64,000 nt of DNA from Spirochaetia bacterium. GTDB taxonomy: Bacteria; Spirochaetota; Spirochaetia; WTKD01; G963693115. Shown piece by piece: positions 17,641-28,352 of the stretch. The stretch covers positions 320,001-384,000 of the forward strand of contig CBDDCA010000005.1 of NCBI GenBank assembly GCA_965226055.1, given 5' to 3'. How positions within the stretch are numbered: position 1 is the first letter of the stretch; each line of letters opens with the position of its first letter. A program made the position numbers and the translations under genes. Under the pieces are notes generated by a model. The model was not told where the DNA came from, did no database searches, and saw nothing but the letters and a program-made list of their open reading frames with translations.

Positions 17641-20600
17641 CTAATTCCTACATTCTGGAGAATTAGCACCCTTGGGAAACTGTAATGGTTTCTTCGCCAT
17701 AGCTGAACCTTGGAAATCAAAAGCATCTACAAGTGTTGAACACAATTTCCATGATGACAAATTTTGATCAAATGCACTAGCCTCACTAAACATACTGGAA
17801 AAATTACTAAGTTTCTTAAAACTCCATTTACTTATATTTTGATTAAAAGCACTTGCTTTCCTAAACATTTGCTGAGTCGTAGTAACACTCTTCACATTCC
17901 AGTTTGCTATGTCTTGATTAAAAGGAGTACCAAAAAACATATTTTGCATACTAGTAACTTTACTCACATCCCAACTTCCTATATCTTGATTAAAAGCAGT
18001 ATTAGCAAACATATTTTGCATATTAGTAACTTCACTCACATCCCAACTTCCTATGTCTTGATTAAAAACAGTAGCTTCCTGAAACATATAACTCATATCA
18101 TTTACGCTACTTGTATTCCACAGTGTTATATTTCCATTAAAAGTACTATCATCCTTGAATAATTCACTCATATCAGTAATAGCACTGATATCTATCATGC
18201 TGAGGTTGGGGCTATTGGTGTTTTGTCTGCTTGCTCCTTTTTCTGCAGTGATAATATCTTGCAGTGCTTTCTTTGTCGTTGGTCTGTAATAAGTAGCTGA
18301 CTGTCCTGATGGTGCTGTTCTTAGCTCTGTCTGTATAACGATAGTGGCTGGCACTTTTTTCTTTGAAGCAGTAAGAGTACACTGTGCTACATCATAGCTA
18401 TATTCAGTAATAGCAGTATCTCGTATATTAGACTTATTTGCTATGCCTGTTATAGTAACTGTTTTGCTATTCTGATCAAATGATACTGCTAGCCCCGTCT
18501 CTTTTTTGATTTTCTCTGCATCTACCTCTAGTATGTTTGCATCACAGGTAAAGGCATTGCCACTGGGTGTGCTTGCTAGTACTCTTGTAGTATTTTGTGC
18601 GAGTGCTGTGCCTACTATTGCTGATACAACTGTGGCATTTCCTATCGCTACTGCTGGCGTGCTGGCAGATACTGCTGTTGCTTCTGCTGATACCTTTGTC
18701 TTTTTGAGGCTGTTTACTGCTACTGCGGTGATATAGTACTTTGTATTCAATCGTAGGTTGCTTATTGTATAGCTTGTTGCTCCTGTTGGTACATCGTCTT
18801 TTTCTGCTCCTTCTTGTGCATCGCTTGCTCCTTGTGCCTGTGTTTTTACTGTTGCTCCATCTATGTTTGTTTTTGAGGCTGCGTAGTATACTATATAGTC
18901 TATTTGATTATCTCTTAAATCAGTTCCTTCTGCTGTCGTTCCTTTTACGGTTGGGGCTGTTATGGTAAGTACTATAGTAGCTCCTTGTGCATTTGCTTGT
19001 ATGGTGGGCTTTCCTGGTGCGGCATAGGCTTCTTTTGCGATAAACTCCTTGCGTAGTCCTGTTGCTTCTTTGCTGGTATCAGTACTGTTTACTGCTTGCA
19101 CTACTATTTCGTAAGTTGTGCCTACTGTCAATCCTGTCAGAGTGCTGTTGGTTGTGTCTGCTGCTATTGCTGTGGAGCTTCCTGCTGCTGTTTTTATTGC
19201 TGCTACGCTTTTTGCACTGCCACTTTTGGCTACTTTGTATACTTTGTACGATACTTGTGCTACTGTTAGGGTGTCTCCTTTGTTTGTTTTGTGGCTTGCA
19301 TTGAGACTGGGGGCTGTCCACGATAGCCTTGCACTCCCTCCTGTTACTCCTCCTACTTGTATGTTGCTTACTTCTGCGGGAGCAGTCGCTTGTGATGCGG
19401 TTGTTACACTTGCCACTGACGATGCTACTTTTTTGCTTGTGTCTGTTTTTACTGCTACTTCTACCACAAAGTGATACTTTGTTGCTCCTTTTATTGCTAC
19501 TACTGGTGCTGTGTCTTCAGACAAACCTAAACTGCTAAGGGCTGATACTGTGTACACTCCGCTACTTGCTGTGCCTATGTTTACTTTTCTGCCTCTTTGT
19601 ACTTCTGCTACTGTAGGTGTTGTGTCTTTCTGTAAGCCGTATACTGTGTATACTAGCTCATCATTGCTTGTTACTGTTGTGCCATCTTTGTTTTTTGCTC
19701 CTGTTATTGTGCTTAACTGTGTGAGTACGAGCTTTATTGTTCCTACTGTGTTTGTTGAGGGTGATACTACCAGCTTACCTGTTAAGGACGATGTAGGGGC
19801 TGTTGCTTTTGAGGTGGGGATAGTGCTTAATTCTAGTTTTTGTATTAGTGCGGGATCTTTACTTTGTGCTTTCTTTGTTGCATAGGGATTGAGGCTGTTT
19901 ATTGCTTCTATGCCTATGGTGTACACTGCTCCCTTTGTTCCTATAAATGTTCCTCGTAAGCTGCTGTTTCCTGCTATCTCTTGTGTTTGTACTCCTCCTA
20001 TTGCTTTTATTTCCGCTATAGTTTTAGTACTCTGGTCTCCTGCTACTATGTATACTTTGTACTGTATTTGTGCCTGTGTGAGTTGTCTGTCATTGGGTGC
20101 TTTATGGTTGCTGGTAATTGTTCCTTTTTGAAACTCGTACTGTACGGTATCGCTTGTTACTGTTGATGTTTCGATAAACAGAGTGAGATTCTCTGGTGCT
20201 GGGGGGACAGTGGATACTGCATCATATACTGCTACTTTGTCAGTAAGCGTTGTTGGGGGACTTACTCTGTTATTCTCTACTGTGAGAAAGGTAAAGCTAT
20301 AGCTTTTTGCATTTGCTTGTGTTGATGATACTTCTACGCCATCTGCTATGCCAAAGCTAATGGTGGTAGCTGTACTTGTTATGCTTTTTTCTGCTACCAA
20401 GTTTGTGCCATCTAACATACGCAGAGTGTAGTACTTATTTGATCCAGGAGCTTGCTTAAAAGTTGCTTTTATTTGTATTGCTCCTGTACTTGTATCAAGT
20501 GTAGGCTTGCTTTGAAAGAGATCTTCTGAGGGAGCTGTGAGTGAGTTGGGGGTGCTTATGTCTTTTATGGCTTGGGTGCTTTTGTTTTCTGAGTAATCAT

Positions 20601-22334
20601 AGGTGAGTATTGTTACGGTATATGTTTTGCCTTGCGTGAGTTCTTCGACAGAGAGTGACTTTGTGGGATAGGGTATTTTCTTCTCGCTCAGTACTGCGGT
20701 GCTTGTATCTTTCTCTGCTATGCTCACGCTGTATTCTTTTATGTCCTTGTTATTAGCTTTTGTTGTATCGGGGGCTGTCCATGTTATCTGTGTGCCTATC
20801 TTTGCTGCTGATACAAAGGGATAGCTTGATTGTATGTTTGTTACTGCATCGGGGGCGGTGCTATCTGCTGATGTGCTGACTGTGGCTGTTGCTTCTGTTC
20901 CTTTGTTGCCTGCACTGTCCATCGATACGACTGCCACTGTATACTCGGTGGTTGCTTTTAGTCCTGTTATTTGTGTGTTGCGTACTGTTCGATCTGTTAT
21001 TGTTACTGTCTTTGTTGCTGTTGTGCTGTCCTTTTCTGTTGCTGTTATAGTCACTCCTGCATAATCTCGTACATCGGGGGCTTGCCAGCCTACTACTAGG
21101 CTTGTTGCTCCTCCTACTGCACTTACATTGGTCGCGGGCTTTGTTGTTTTGTCTGTTGTTGCTTGTTCTTTTGACACTGCAGTGGAGTACTTTCCGTTTT
21201 GAGAAACATACACTTCTACTTTGTACGTAAGCGTGCCATAGAGTTTTGTGAGTGCTATGCCATCTTTTGCTACATACACAGTGGCGTACTCTTGATTGTC
21301 TGCACTTGCAGAACTGAGTTTGGCTGTACTGCTATTGTTCACAGTTGCTTCTGCTACTACTGTATTTGTTGCTTTTGTTGTTACTCGTACTAAGAGGCTT
21401 TTGTCGGTAAAGGCAAAGCTCCCCCACTTAATAAGCAGGCTCTCATCGGCTGGGCTATTGCTTTTATCGTTTGCTGTTACTGTAAGATCTGCCTCTGGCA
21501 GTGGCGTTACTGTTTGTGAAAGCTGGGATGCTTGCACGCCTGTCAATACTGTTGTAGGACTGCTTGTGTTGTCATTTCTGTCTTTGTAGCGTATTTCTAC
21601 ATCATAGGATATGCCTGCAAGCGTGGAGACCTTTGGAAGCGTAACTTCTCCTTGCTGTAGGTTCTGCACGGTAGCTTGCGCAAGCACTATGCCACCAGTC
21701 GTGCTTTTTACCACTATCGTTGCTTCGGCTATGTCTGTCTTGCCTGATGCAAGTCGTTCTTTATCCCATGTTATCTTTATGCCATCCCCCGACTTCTCTA
21801 CTCCTACCTGTGTCAATGTGTCCTGTGGTGCAGTAGTATCTATCAGTGTTGTCACTGAGCGTGTTGTTTTTGGTGATACTTCCGTGTCTTTTTGTGCTTC
21901 TATCTCTACGGTGTAGTCGGTGAGTGCTTGTAAGCCTTTGAGTTGGTACGATTGTCCTTGTTGAAAGAGCGTTTGATATTCTATGGCAGGAACACGCACT
22001 TGTATTGATTGTGCTGGTGCTGTTGAAGTTGCAGTCACTACTACATGCGTGGCATCGCTGGGAGCTTCCCAGCGTAACGAGAGTGTCCCATCATTGCTTG
22101 CTACTTGTATCTGCACATTGGACACTGATGCAAGTGTCGGGGTTACTGGTGTTCCCCCTCCGCCTGATGAGGAACTGCTACTGCCCTCCGAACATCCTAC
22201 GAGTACGAGGGTAGTCATTGCTAGCACTAAAAATAATGCTACTAGAGTTAGGCTTTGCTTATATCGAGAGTGTACCCCCCCCCCCCGATTTTTTTCACGC
22301 TGTATAGCTCATCGTTTTGATAGCTATTATTCAT
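17641..22334 (-). CDS. Large surface lipoprotein A: FN3/Ig-like stalk plus C-terminal BspA/DUF285 LRR; frameshifted at G12 (about 1564 aa when in frame)
   Basis: AAGGAG 22342-22347, ATG 22334, G12, lipobox LVGC, FN3-like motifs ([36 protein letters not shown]) and [20 protein letters not shown] repeats. The track ORF begins at 22227. Confidence 0.88.
22275..22286 (-). repeat. Poly-G tract (G12) in the signal-peptide coding region
   Basis: 12 C on the plus strand; G10 or G13 would join ATG 22334 to the long ORF. Confidence 0.92.
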
Positions 22335-22390
22335 AAAAATACTCCTTACTATTTGTTTTATTGTATATAGTATTATACACAATAGTTATT

Positions 22391-22419
22391 ATAGTACAAA
22401 ATAGTATTTCATGTGTCAA
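22391..22419 (-). promoter_or_regulatory. Sigma-70-type promoter for lipoprotein gene A
   Basis: TTGACA (22414-22419)-N17-TACTAT (22391-22396) on the minus strand. Confidence 0.6.
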
Positions 22420-22424
22420 AGAAC

Positions 22425-22456
22425 ATAGCAAGAAAGGAGCTATCCTTTCTTGCTAT
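22425..22456. terminator. Conserved 3' hairpin of the lipoprotein family
   Basis: ATAGCAAGAAAGGA-GCTA-TCCTTTCTTGCTAT; also at 33281-33315 and 63514-63549. Confidence 0.7.
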
Positions 22457-22477
22457 AGCTCCGTTTCTATAGGTATG

Positions 22478-24070
22478 CTACGAGGAGGCACACGCTGTTG
22501 TATCAGTACTATCCTTTGGATGCTTTGCTGTTTTACTCTCCATAGCTGAACCTTTGAAATCTTCAGCATTAGATTGCAATCTTGTTTTACACAATTTCCA
22601 TGATGATAAATTTTGATCAAATACAGATGCATCTGTAAACGCATAAACAAAATGAATAATATTATTCACATTCCACTTTCCTATATTCTGATTAAAGGAA
22701 CTTGCTCCTCTAAACATATAAGCCATATTAGTAACCTTGCTCACATTCCAATTTCCTATATCTTGATTAAAAGCAGTAGCCTTATCAAACATATGATACA
22801 TACTAGTAACCTTGCTCACATCCCAATTTCCTATATCTTGATTAAAATCACTTATGCTTGTTCCTCTAAACATATGAGCCATAATTTCAACATTGCTTAC
22901 ATCCCAGCTTCCTATGTTTTGATTAAAATCACTTGCTCCATCAAACATAGACTCCATATTGCTTACATTACTGGTATTCCATTGTGTTATATCTCCATTA
23001 AAAGGACCATTATCCCGAAATAAAGCACTCATATCAGTAATAGCACTGGTATCTACCATGTTGAGGTTAGGGCTATAAGTATTTTGTCTCCCTACTTCTT
23101 CTTCTGCCTCAATAATCTCTTGCAATGCTTTCTTTGTTGTTGGTCTATAATAGGTAGTTATTTCTCCTGATGGTGCTGCTCTTAGTCCTGTCCTTATAAT
23201 AATGCTTGCTTTTACTTTTTTACTTGAAGCAGTAATTGTACATTGTACTACATCATAGCTATAGCTTGTAATGGCAGGATCATGTACATTTGATTTGTTT
23301 GCTATACCTGTTACGCTCACTGTCTTGCTACTCTGTTCAAACGATACTATGAGGCCTGTTTCTTCTTTGATTTTCTTGCTATCTGCCTCCAGTATGTTTG
23401 CATCACAGGTAAAGTCAGAGTTACTGCTGAGTACTCTCGTACTATTTATTGCTGGGGTTTTGCCTACTTCTGCTGAAACCTCCGTAGTGTTTCCTATAGA
23501 CACTGTACTTTTTGCTTGCTTGGAACTCCGTTGTGCCTGAAACTCATAGCGTAATCCAGTGGATGCTTTTGTGGTATCGGTACTGTTCACTGCTTGTACG
23601 ACTATCTCGTAGGTCGTTCCGTTTATCAATCCTGTCAAAGTAATGTTTGTTGTTCCTGCTGTTACTGTTTTTGGGCTTTTATCTGCTGTTTTTATTTGTG
23701 CCACTGTCCTCTGTATACTGCCACTCTTAGCAATGCTATATACTTTGTACGATACTTGTGCTACTGTTAGGGTATCCCCTTTGTTTGTTTTATGGCTTGC
23801 ACTGAGGCTGGGAGCTGTCCATGATACTCTCATGCCTGTTGAGGTTACTCCTGTTTGTATGTTTGTTACTTCTGCAGGAGCTGTCGCTAGCGATGTGGTT
23901 ATTTTTCTTGCTACTGATGAGGGACTGCTACTACTCTCTTCACATCCTATCAAAAAGAGGGTAACCACTGCAAACACCCATGCCAGTGTAATACAAGTTA
24001 TCCTGTACATATTATATTGAGAGTATGCTCTCCCAATTTTTTCCATGTTGTGTAGCTCTCTATGTATCAT
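22478..24070 (-). CDS. Medium BspA/DUF285 lipoprotein (one FN3-like domain, Cys-pair linker domain, LRR), 530 aa
   Basis: AAGGAGG upstream of ATG 24070; lipobox LIGC; FN3-like segment similar to those in genes A and B; six Trp-anchored repeats. Confidence 0.88.
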   Translation of the reverse strand: MIHRELHNMEKIGRAYSQYNMYRITCITLAWVFAVVTLFLIGCEESSSSPSSVARKITTSLATAPAEVTNIQTGVTSTGMRVSWTAPSLSASHKTNKGDTLTVAQVSYKVYSIAKSGSIQRTVAQIKTADKSPKTVTAGTTNITLTGLINGTTYEIVVQAVNSTDTTKASTGLRYEFQAQRSSKQAKSTVSIGNTTEVSAEVGKTPAINSTRVLSSNSDFTCDANILEADSKKIKEETGLIVSFEQSSKTVSVTGIANKSNVHDPAITSYSYDVVQCTITASSKKVKASIIIRTGLRAAPSGEITTYYRPTTKKALQEIIEAEEEVGRQNTYSPNLNMVDTSAITDMSALFRDNGPFNGDITQWNTSNVSNMESMFDGASDFNQNIGSWDVSNVEIMAHMFRGTSISDFNQDIGNWDVSKVTSMYHMFDKATAFNQDIGNWNVSKVTNMAYMFRGASSFNQNIGKWNVNNIIHFVYAFTDASVFDQNLSSWKLCKTRLQSNAEDFKGSAMESKTAKHPKDSTDTTACASS

Positions 24071-24229
24071 AAAGGCCTCCTTATTGTTATCTATTATTGT
24101 GCATATCATTATACACAATTATTATACAAAATAGTATTTCCTATATCTATGAAGCAAATGAAAAGAAATGAGCATTTCCTTTTTTGCTATAGATATATTT
24201 CTATACCATACTTCTATACTATGCTACGA

Positions 24230-25339
24230 TTATGTGCATGAACTACCAACCTTTGGGTACTGTGCTGTTTTTCCAGCCATAGCTGAACCTCGAAATACAT
24301 TGAAAGAAAAACTTGGTATACGACACCATTTCCATGATGATAAATCCTGATCAAATTTAGAAGCATTATAGAACATTCTCAAGGATGCATCGACATTTTT
24401 TACATTCCAGTTTCCTATATTCTGATTAAAGGCAATTGCTTCAAGAAACATACCAATCATATCAGTAACTTCTCCTGTATTCCAATTTCCTATGTTTTGA
24501 TTAAAAATACTTGCTCTCCAAAACATACCACCCATATCAGTAACTTCTCCCGTATCCCAATTTCCTATGTTTTGATTAAAAACACTTGCTCCCCAAAACA
24601 TACTGTGCATATTCTCTACATTACTTGTGTTCCACTGTGTTATATCTCCATTAAAAGTACTATCATCCTTAAATAAATTTTTCATATCAGTAATGGCACT
24701 GGTATCTATCATGTTGAGATTGGGGCTATTGGTGTTTTGCCTTCCCACTCCTCTTTCTGCAGTGATAATAGCTTTAAGTGCTGTCTTACCCGTTGGTCTG
24801 TAATAGGTAGGCGATGTCTCTCCTGATGGTGCTGTTCTTAGTCCTGTCCTTATAATAATGCTTGCTTTTACTTTTTTACTTGAAGCAGTAATTGTGCATT
24901 GTACTACATCATAGCTATAGCTTGTAATGGCAGGATCATGTACATTTGATTTGTTTGCTATACCTGTTACGCTCACTGTCTTGCTACTCTGCTCAAACGA
25001 TACTATGAGGCCTGTTTCTTCTCTGATTTTCTTGCTATCTGCTTCCAGTATGTTTGCATCACAGGTAAAGGCAGAGTTACTGCTGAGTACTCTTGTACTA
25101 TTTATTGCTTGTTTATTGCCTACTTCTGCTGAAACTACACTAGCGTTTCCTATAATTAGTGGTTTAGTTGTTTTGCTTGCTACTGATAAGGGACTGCTAC
25201 TGCTCTCTTCACATCCTATCAAAAAGAAGGTAGTCATTGCTAACACCCATGCCAGTGTAATACGAGTTATCCTGTACATATTATATTGAGAGTGTACTCT
25301 CCCAATTTTTTCCATGCTGTGTAGCTCTCTATGTATCAT
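24230..25339 (-). CDS. Short BspA/DUF285 lipoprotein (linker domain plus LRR), 369 aa
   Basis: AAGGAGG RBS, lipobox LIGC, linker domain nearly identical to that of the adjacent gene, five Trp-anchored repeats. Confidence 0.88.
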   Translation of the reverse strand: MIHRELHSMEKIGRVHSQYNMYRITRITLAWVLAMTTFFLIGCEESSSSPLSVASKTTKPLIIGNASVVSAEVGNKQAINSTRVLSSNSAFTCDANILEADSKKIREETGLIVSFEQSSKTVSVTGIANKSNVHDPAITSYSYDVVQCTITASSKKVKASIIIRTGLRTAPSGETSPTYYRPTGKTALKAIITAERGVGRQNTNSPNLNMIDTSAITDMKNLFKDDSTFNGDITQWNTSNVENMHSMFWGASVFNQNIGNWDTGEVTDMGGMFWRASIFNQNIGNWNTGEVTDMIGMFLEAIAFNQNIGNWNVKNVDASLRMFYNASKFDQDLSSWKWCRIPSFSFNVFRGSAMAGKTAQYPKVGSSCT

Positions 25340-25454
25340 AAAGGCCTCCTTATTGTTATCTATTATCGTATACCTATCAGCATAGTTATTGTACTACAAA
25401 TACTATTATTTGTATATATTGTAAACTTAGGGTATATTGTAATATAATGAAAGC

Positions 25455-27101
25455 ATGGGAGTGCTAAAAGTACCAGATTACCTCAATGATGACTCGCTTA
25501 TCAAAACTATTCTCACAAGAAATAAAATAAACTCACACAAAGATTATATTTTTTTTACAAAACTTTGTTCGCTTAACTCTGCACAAATACCATTTGAAAC
25601 TGCCATGCAACTTTCTGAAACAACAGGAGATGAGATAACATTTGTAAGCTATCTTGGTCGCTTTACTGACAAAAAATTGATGGTTATCAGATATGCCTTC
25701 AAGCCAGACGGATTGCGTCCTGATTATATTTTTATAAGTGATGAAAACTCATTTGAATTCACATACGAATATATAAATGAGTCTATCAACCAAGGGCTTT
25801 ACGATAGCAATTATCCAATTCCATCCTTTAAGGAATTGACCTATAATAATATAAATATTCCAAAAAATCATATAGAAAATTTTAACCCCAATCTTCTCCG
25901 TGATAAATTACATGGAAAAACAACTTTTTCCCCTACTATTTATTCTATTCCTATATACAAAGATCTTTTTTACTTTACAGATGAAAATATAGATAAAATT
26001 AGTGATTATGCCATTATAAAACTTCAAAACATATTCAAATCATCGTTTCAAGTAACAAATGAAATTCTTAAATTATTTAAGAATGATACACAAGATTTTA
26101 GAACACACATAACAAGCAAAGAATATGGAGTATGGGCTCCTATCATAAAAAAAATTGACAAAGAGATGCCTGCTTTACGACTAAATAAAAAAGTATCAGA
26201 GAGTTATAATTTTCTTGATTTTATCATCATCTTAAAAAGTACAATAGATACACACCTAACATTTATTGACGAAGTAACACACACAGAAAAAAATATAAAT
26301 GATGCAAGAAAAGAGATTGAAGCATACTTTTTCAATTTACCGTATGGAGTAAGCAAAGAAGAGTTCACTGTATTTTATAATGAATTACTTACAACATATA
26401 ACTTAGAACAAGAAGAAGCAGAAAAAAAGATACTACAATCAATTATAATACAAGCAGGTGATTTTGAACCTAATCAGCAAATACATAGTATTATAGATTT
26501 TGATACATACCTTATTCACTCGTCCATGCTACCAAATTGCATTTCAACCAAATATTTCGCTGTTAATGACATAATATATACCATGTATTTAGATATTATG
26601 AAAAAATTTCTTTTACATAAACTAGCTCCTAAAGAACGTATCTTTTTTGATATAGAAGCACTTGAAAGCTCTGTGAGAAAACATGTACAAGAAATTGATG
26701 CTTTCATGTTTACCATACTTCAGTACCCTGTAGTTATTGCAAATATGATTATCAATAATCATAACAGACGAACACTTAACAACAATCAATTAGAATCCTC
26801 GCAGAGTATAGAAGACAAAAACCTATTTAGTAAAATGTCCTTATCAAAGCAATTATCAACTTTTTTTAACCTTAGAACAAAAAAGCTCCTACAATGGCAC
26901 GAGATATTCAATATCAATATAGTACAGTTAGCAACTACAAGTTTTTCTAAGCTATCGTTTTTCCAAAAATTATATTTATTTATCACCAATAGATATAAAC
27001 TCACTATGAAAAAAATTAAAAAGCTAAATAGTTCAATTGAGAGTGGAAGAGAATCAGCATTACATTTCACACATAAAACACAAAAATTTATACAAAAATA
27101 A
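25455..27101 (+). CDS. Hypothetical protein (548 aa, no recognised motif)
   Basis: Long open frame, TATAAT 6 nt upstream, stop codon abuts the next ATG. Confidence 0.7.
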   Translation: MGVLKVPDYLNDDSLIKTILTRNKINSHKDYIFFTKLCSLNSAQIPFETAMQLSETTGDEITFVSYLGRFTDKKLMVIRYAFKPDGLRPDYIFISDENSFEFTYEYINESINQGLYDSNYPIPSFKELTYNNINIPKNHIENFNPNLLRDKLHGKTTFSPTIYSIPIYKDLFYFTDENIDKISDYAIIKLQNIFKSSFQVTNEILKLFKNDTQDFRTHITSKEYGVWAPIIKKIDKEMPALRLNKKVSESYNFLDFIIILKSTIDTHLTFIDEVTHTEKNINDARKEIEAYFFNLPYGVSKEEFTVFYNELLTTYNLEQEEAEKKILQSIIIQAGDFEPNQQIHSIIDFDTYLIHSSMLPNCISTKYFAVNDIIYTMYLDIMKKFLLHKLAPKERIFFDIEALESSVRKHVQEIDAFMFTILQYPVVIANMIINNHNRRTLNNNQLESSQSIEDKNLFSKMSLSKQLSTFFNLRTKKLLQWHEIFNINIVQLATTSFSKLSFFQKLYLFITNRYKLTMKKIKKLNSSIESGRESALHFTHKTQKFIQK

Positions 27102-28337
27102 ATGTATTCAGATATTTCGCTCGTAATTGTTGGTGCGGGGCTACAAGGCATTACTCTCTATATAAACCTTCCGAAAAAAATACAAAACAGAACACTTATA
27201 ATAGACAAAAACACAGAAGCATTATGTAATTTTTATCGTCAAGCACACAATGTCGGAATGAAATACCTGCGCTCTCCTGCAAGCCATTGCTTAAAAGAAC
27301 CGCTTGTATCCTTGCTATCATATTCTCATGCACACAATATTCACACACAGCATTTTAATGGAAAATATCTCACGCCCTCTCTTACACTGCTTGAGCAGTA
27401 TGTACATCATCTATTAAGAAAAACATCTATTGCTACACAGTTTTTTCAAACAACTCTAAAAAACATAACATATACAAATAATAAAACATGGATACTCGAT
27501 ACTAGCAACGGAACTATTAGCACAAAAAATTGTATTTTAGCATTAGGTATGGGTACAGTAAGCTTACCTGATACCATACAAATAAAAAGTGAACATTCCG
27601 CTTATAACAAAGATACACTGCAATCTATGCTTATCAAAAAACATGTGTTGCATCCACAGTATACTCCCTCTCTTAAAAATACACACAGTCATCGTATAGC
27701 AGTCATAGGGGGAGGAATGAGTGGAACACAAACAGCTCTACGATATACAGATAAAGAGAACACACAGAGAAACAGTGTCTCTCTTATATCAGGAAAACAT
27801 GCTTCTGTCCATTTTTTTGATAGTGATCCAGGATATATTGGTCCTAAATATCGTAATATTTTTTCACAGGAAACAGACTATCGTATACGAAGAAACATCA
27901 TTACAAAAGCAAGAAATATTGGATCTATCAATCCGTATGTACATGAAAAATTAATCACTGCTATCAACAAAAAACAAATTGAACATATAAAAGAATATGC
28001 AATGTCTATCCATGTAAAAAACAATGGACACACACATACTTATATAGTACAGCTATCAAATAATGATGAAAAAGAATATGATGACATTATATTTGCTACT
28101 GGATTTGCAAAAAATGAAATGCCTCATAAATCGTTAGTACAAAACATAGCCACTCAATATGGATGCAAAACAGATGATACCATGTGGCCTATTCCTGAGA
28201 AAAATTTAATGTGGCATCACGGATTATACTTAATGGGAGCTTTAGCCGAACTTGAGCTTGGTCCAGCTGCTCGCAATATTATTGGAGCACATTTAGCGTG
28301 TAGAAATTTTAAGCATTCTTGGGAACAATGGATATAA
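27102..28337 (+). CDS. FAD/NAD(P)-binding oxidoreductase
   Basis: IVGAGLQG and IAVIGGGMSG Rossmann motifs, LRSPASH, IFATGF, LELGPAARNIIGA. Confidence 0.8.
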   Translation: MYSDISLVIVGAGLQGITLYINLPKKIQNRTLIIDKNTEALCNFYRQAHNVGMKYLRSPASHCLKEPLVSLLSYSHAHNIHTQHFNGKYLTPSLTLLEQYVHHLLRKTSIATQFFQTTLKNITYTNNKTWILDTSNGTISTKNCILALGMGTVSLPDTIQIKSEHSAYNKDTLQSMLIKKHVLHPQYTPSLKNTHSHRIAVIGGGMSGTQTALRYTDKENTQRNSVSLISGKHASVHFFDSDPGYIGPKYRNIFSQETDYRIRRNIITKARNIGSINPYVHEKLITAINKKQIEHIKEYAMSIHVKNNGHTHTYIVQLSNNDEKEYDDIIFATGFAKNEMPHKSLVQNIATQYGCKTDDTMWPIPEKNLMWHHGLYLMGALAELELGPAARNIIGAHLACRNFKHSWEQWI

Positions 28338-28352
28338 AAAGCATATACGCAC

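Noticed and set aside
22227-22334. Treating the frameshifted genes as decayed pseudogenes
   Set aside because: The 4.6-7.4 kb downstream frames are fully intact and the only lesion is at a homopolymer, which fits phase variation or a sequencing error.
17764-22336. Numerous plus-strand ORFs opposite the large lipoprotein genes (also 33463-38011 and 49387-55207)
   Set aside because: Shadow frames caused by the Thr/Ala/Ser-rich codon bias; no RBS or motifs, and conserved only because the sense genes are duplicated.
17641-25339. Diversity-generating retroelement acting on the variable C-termini
   Set aside because: No reverse transcriptase or non-coding template repeat in the window; differences include indels, repeat-number changes and all four bases rather than adenine-only substitutions. 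A remote DGR cannot be excluded without the genome.
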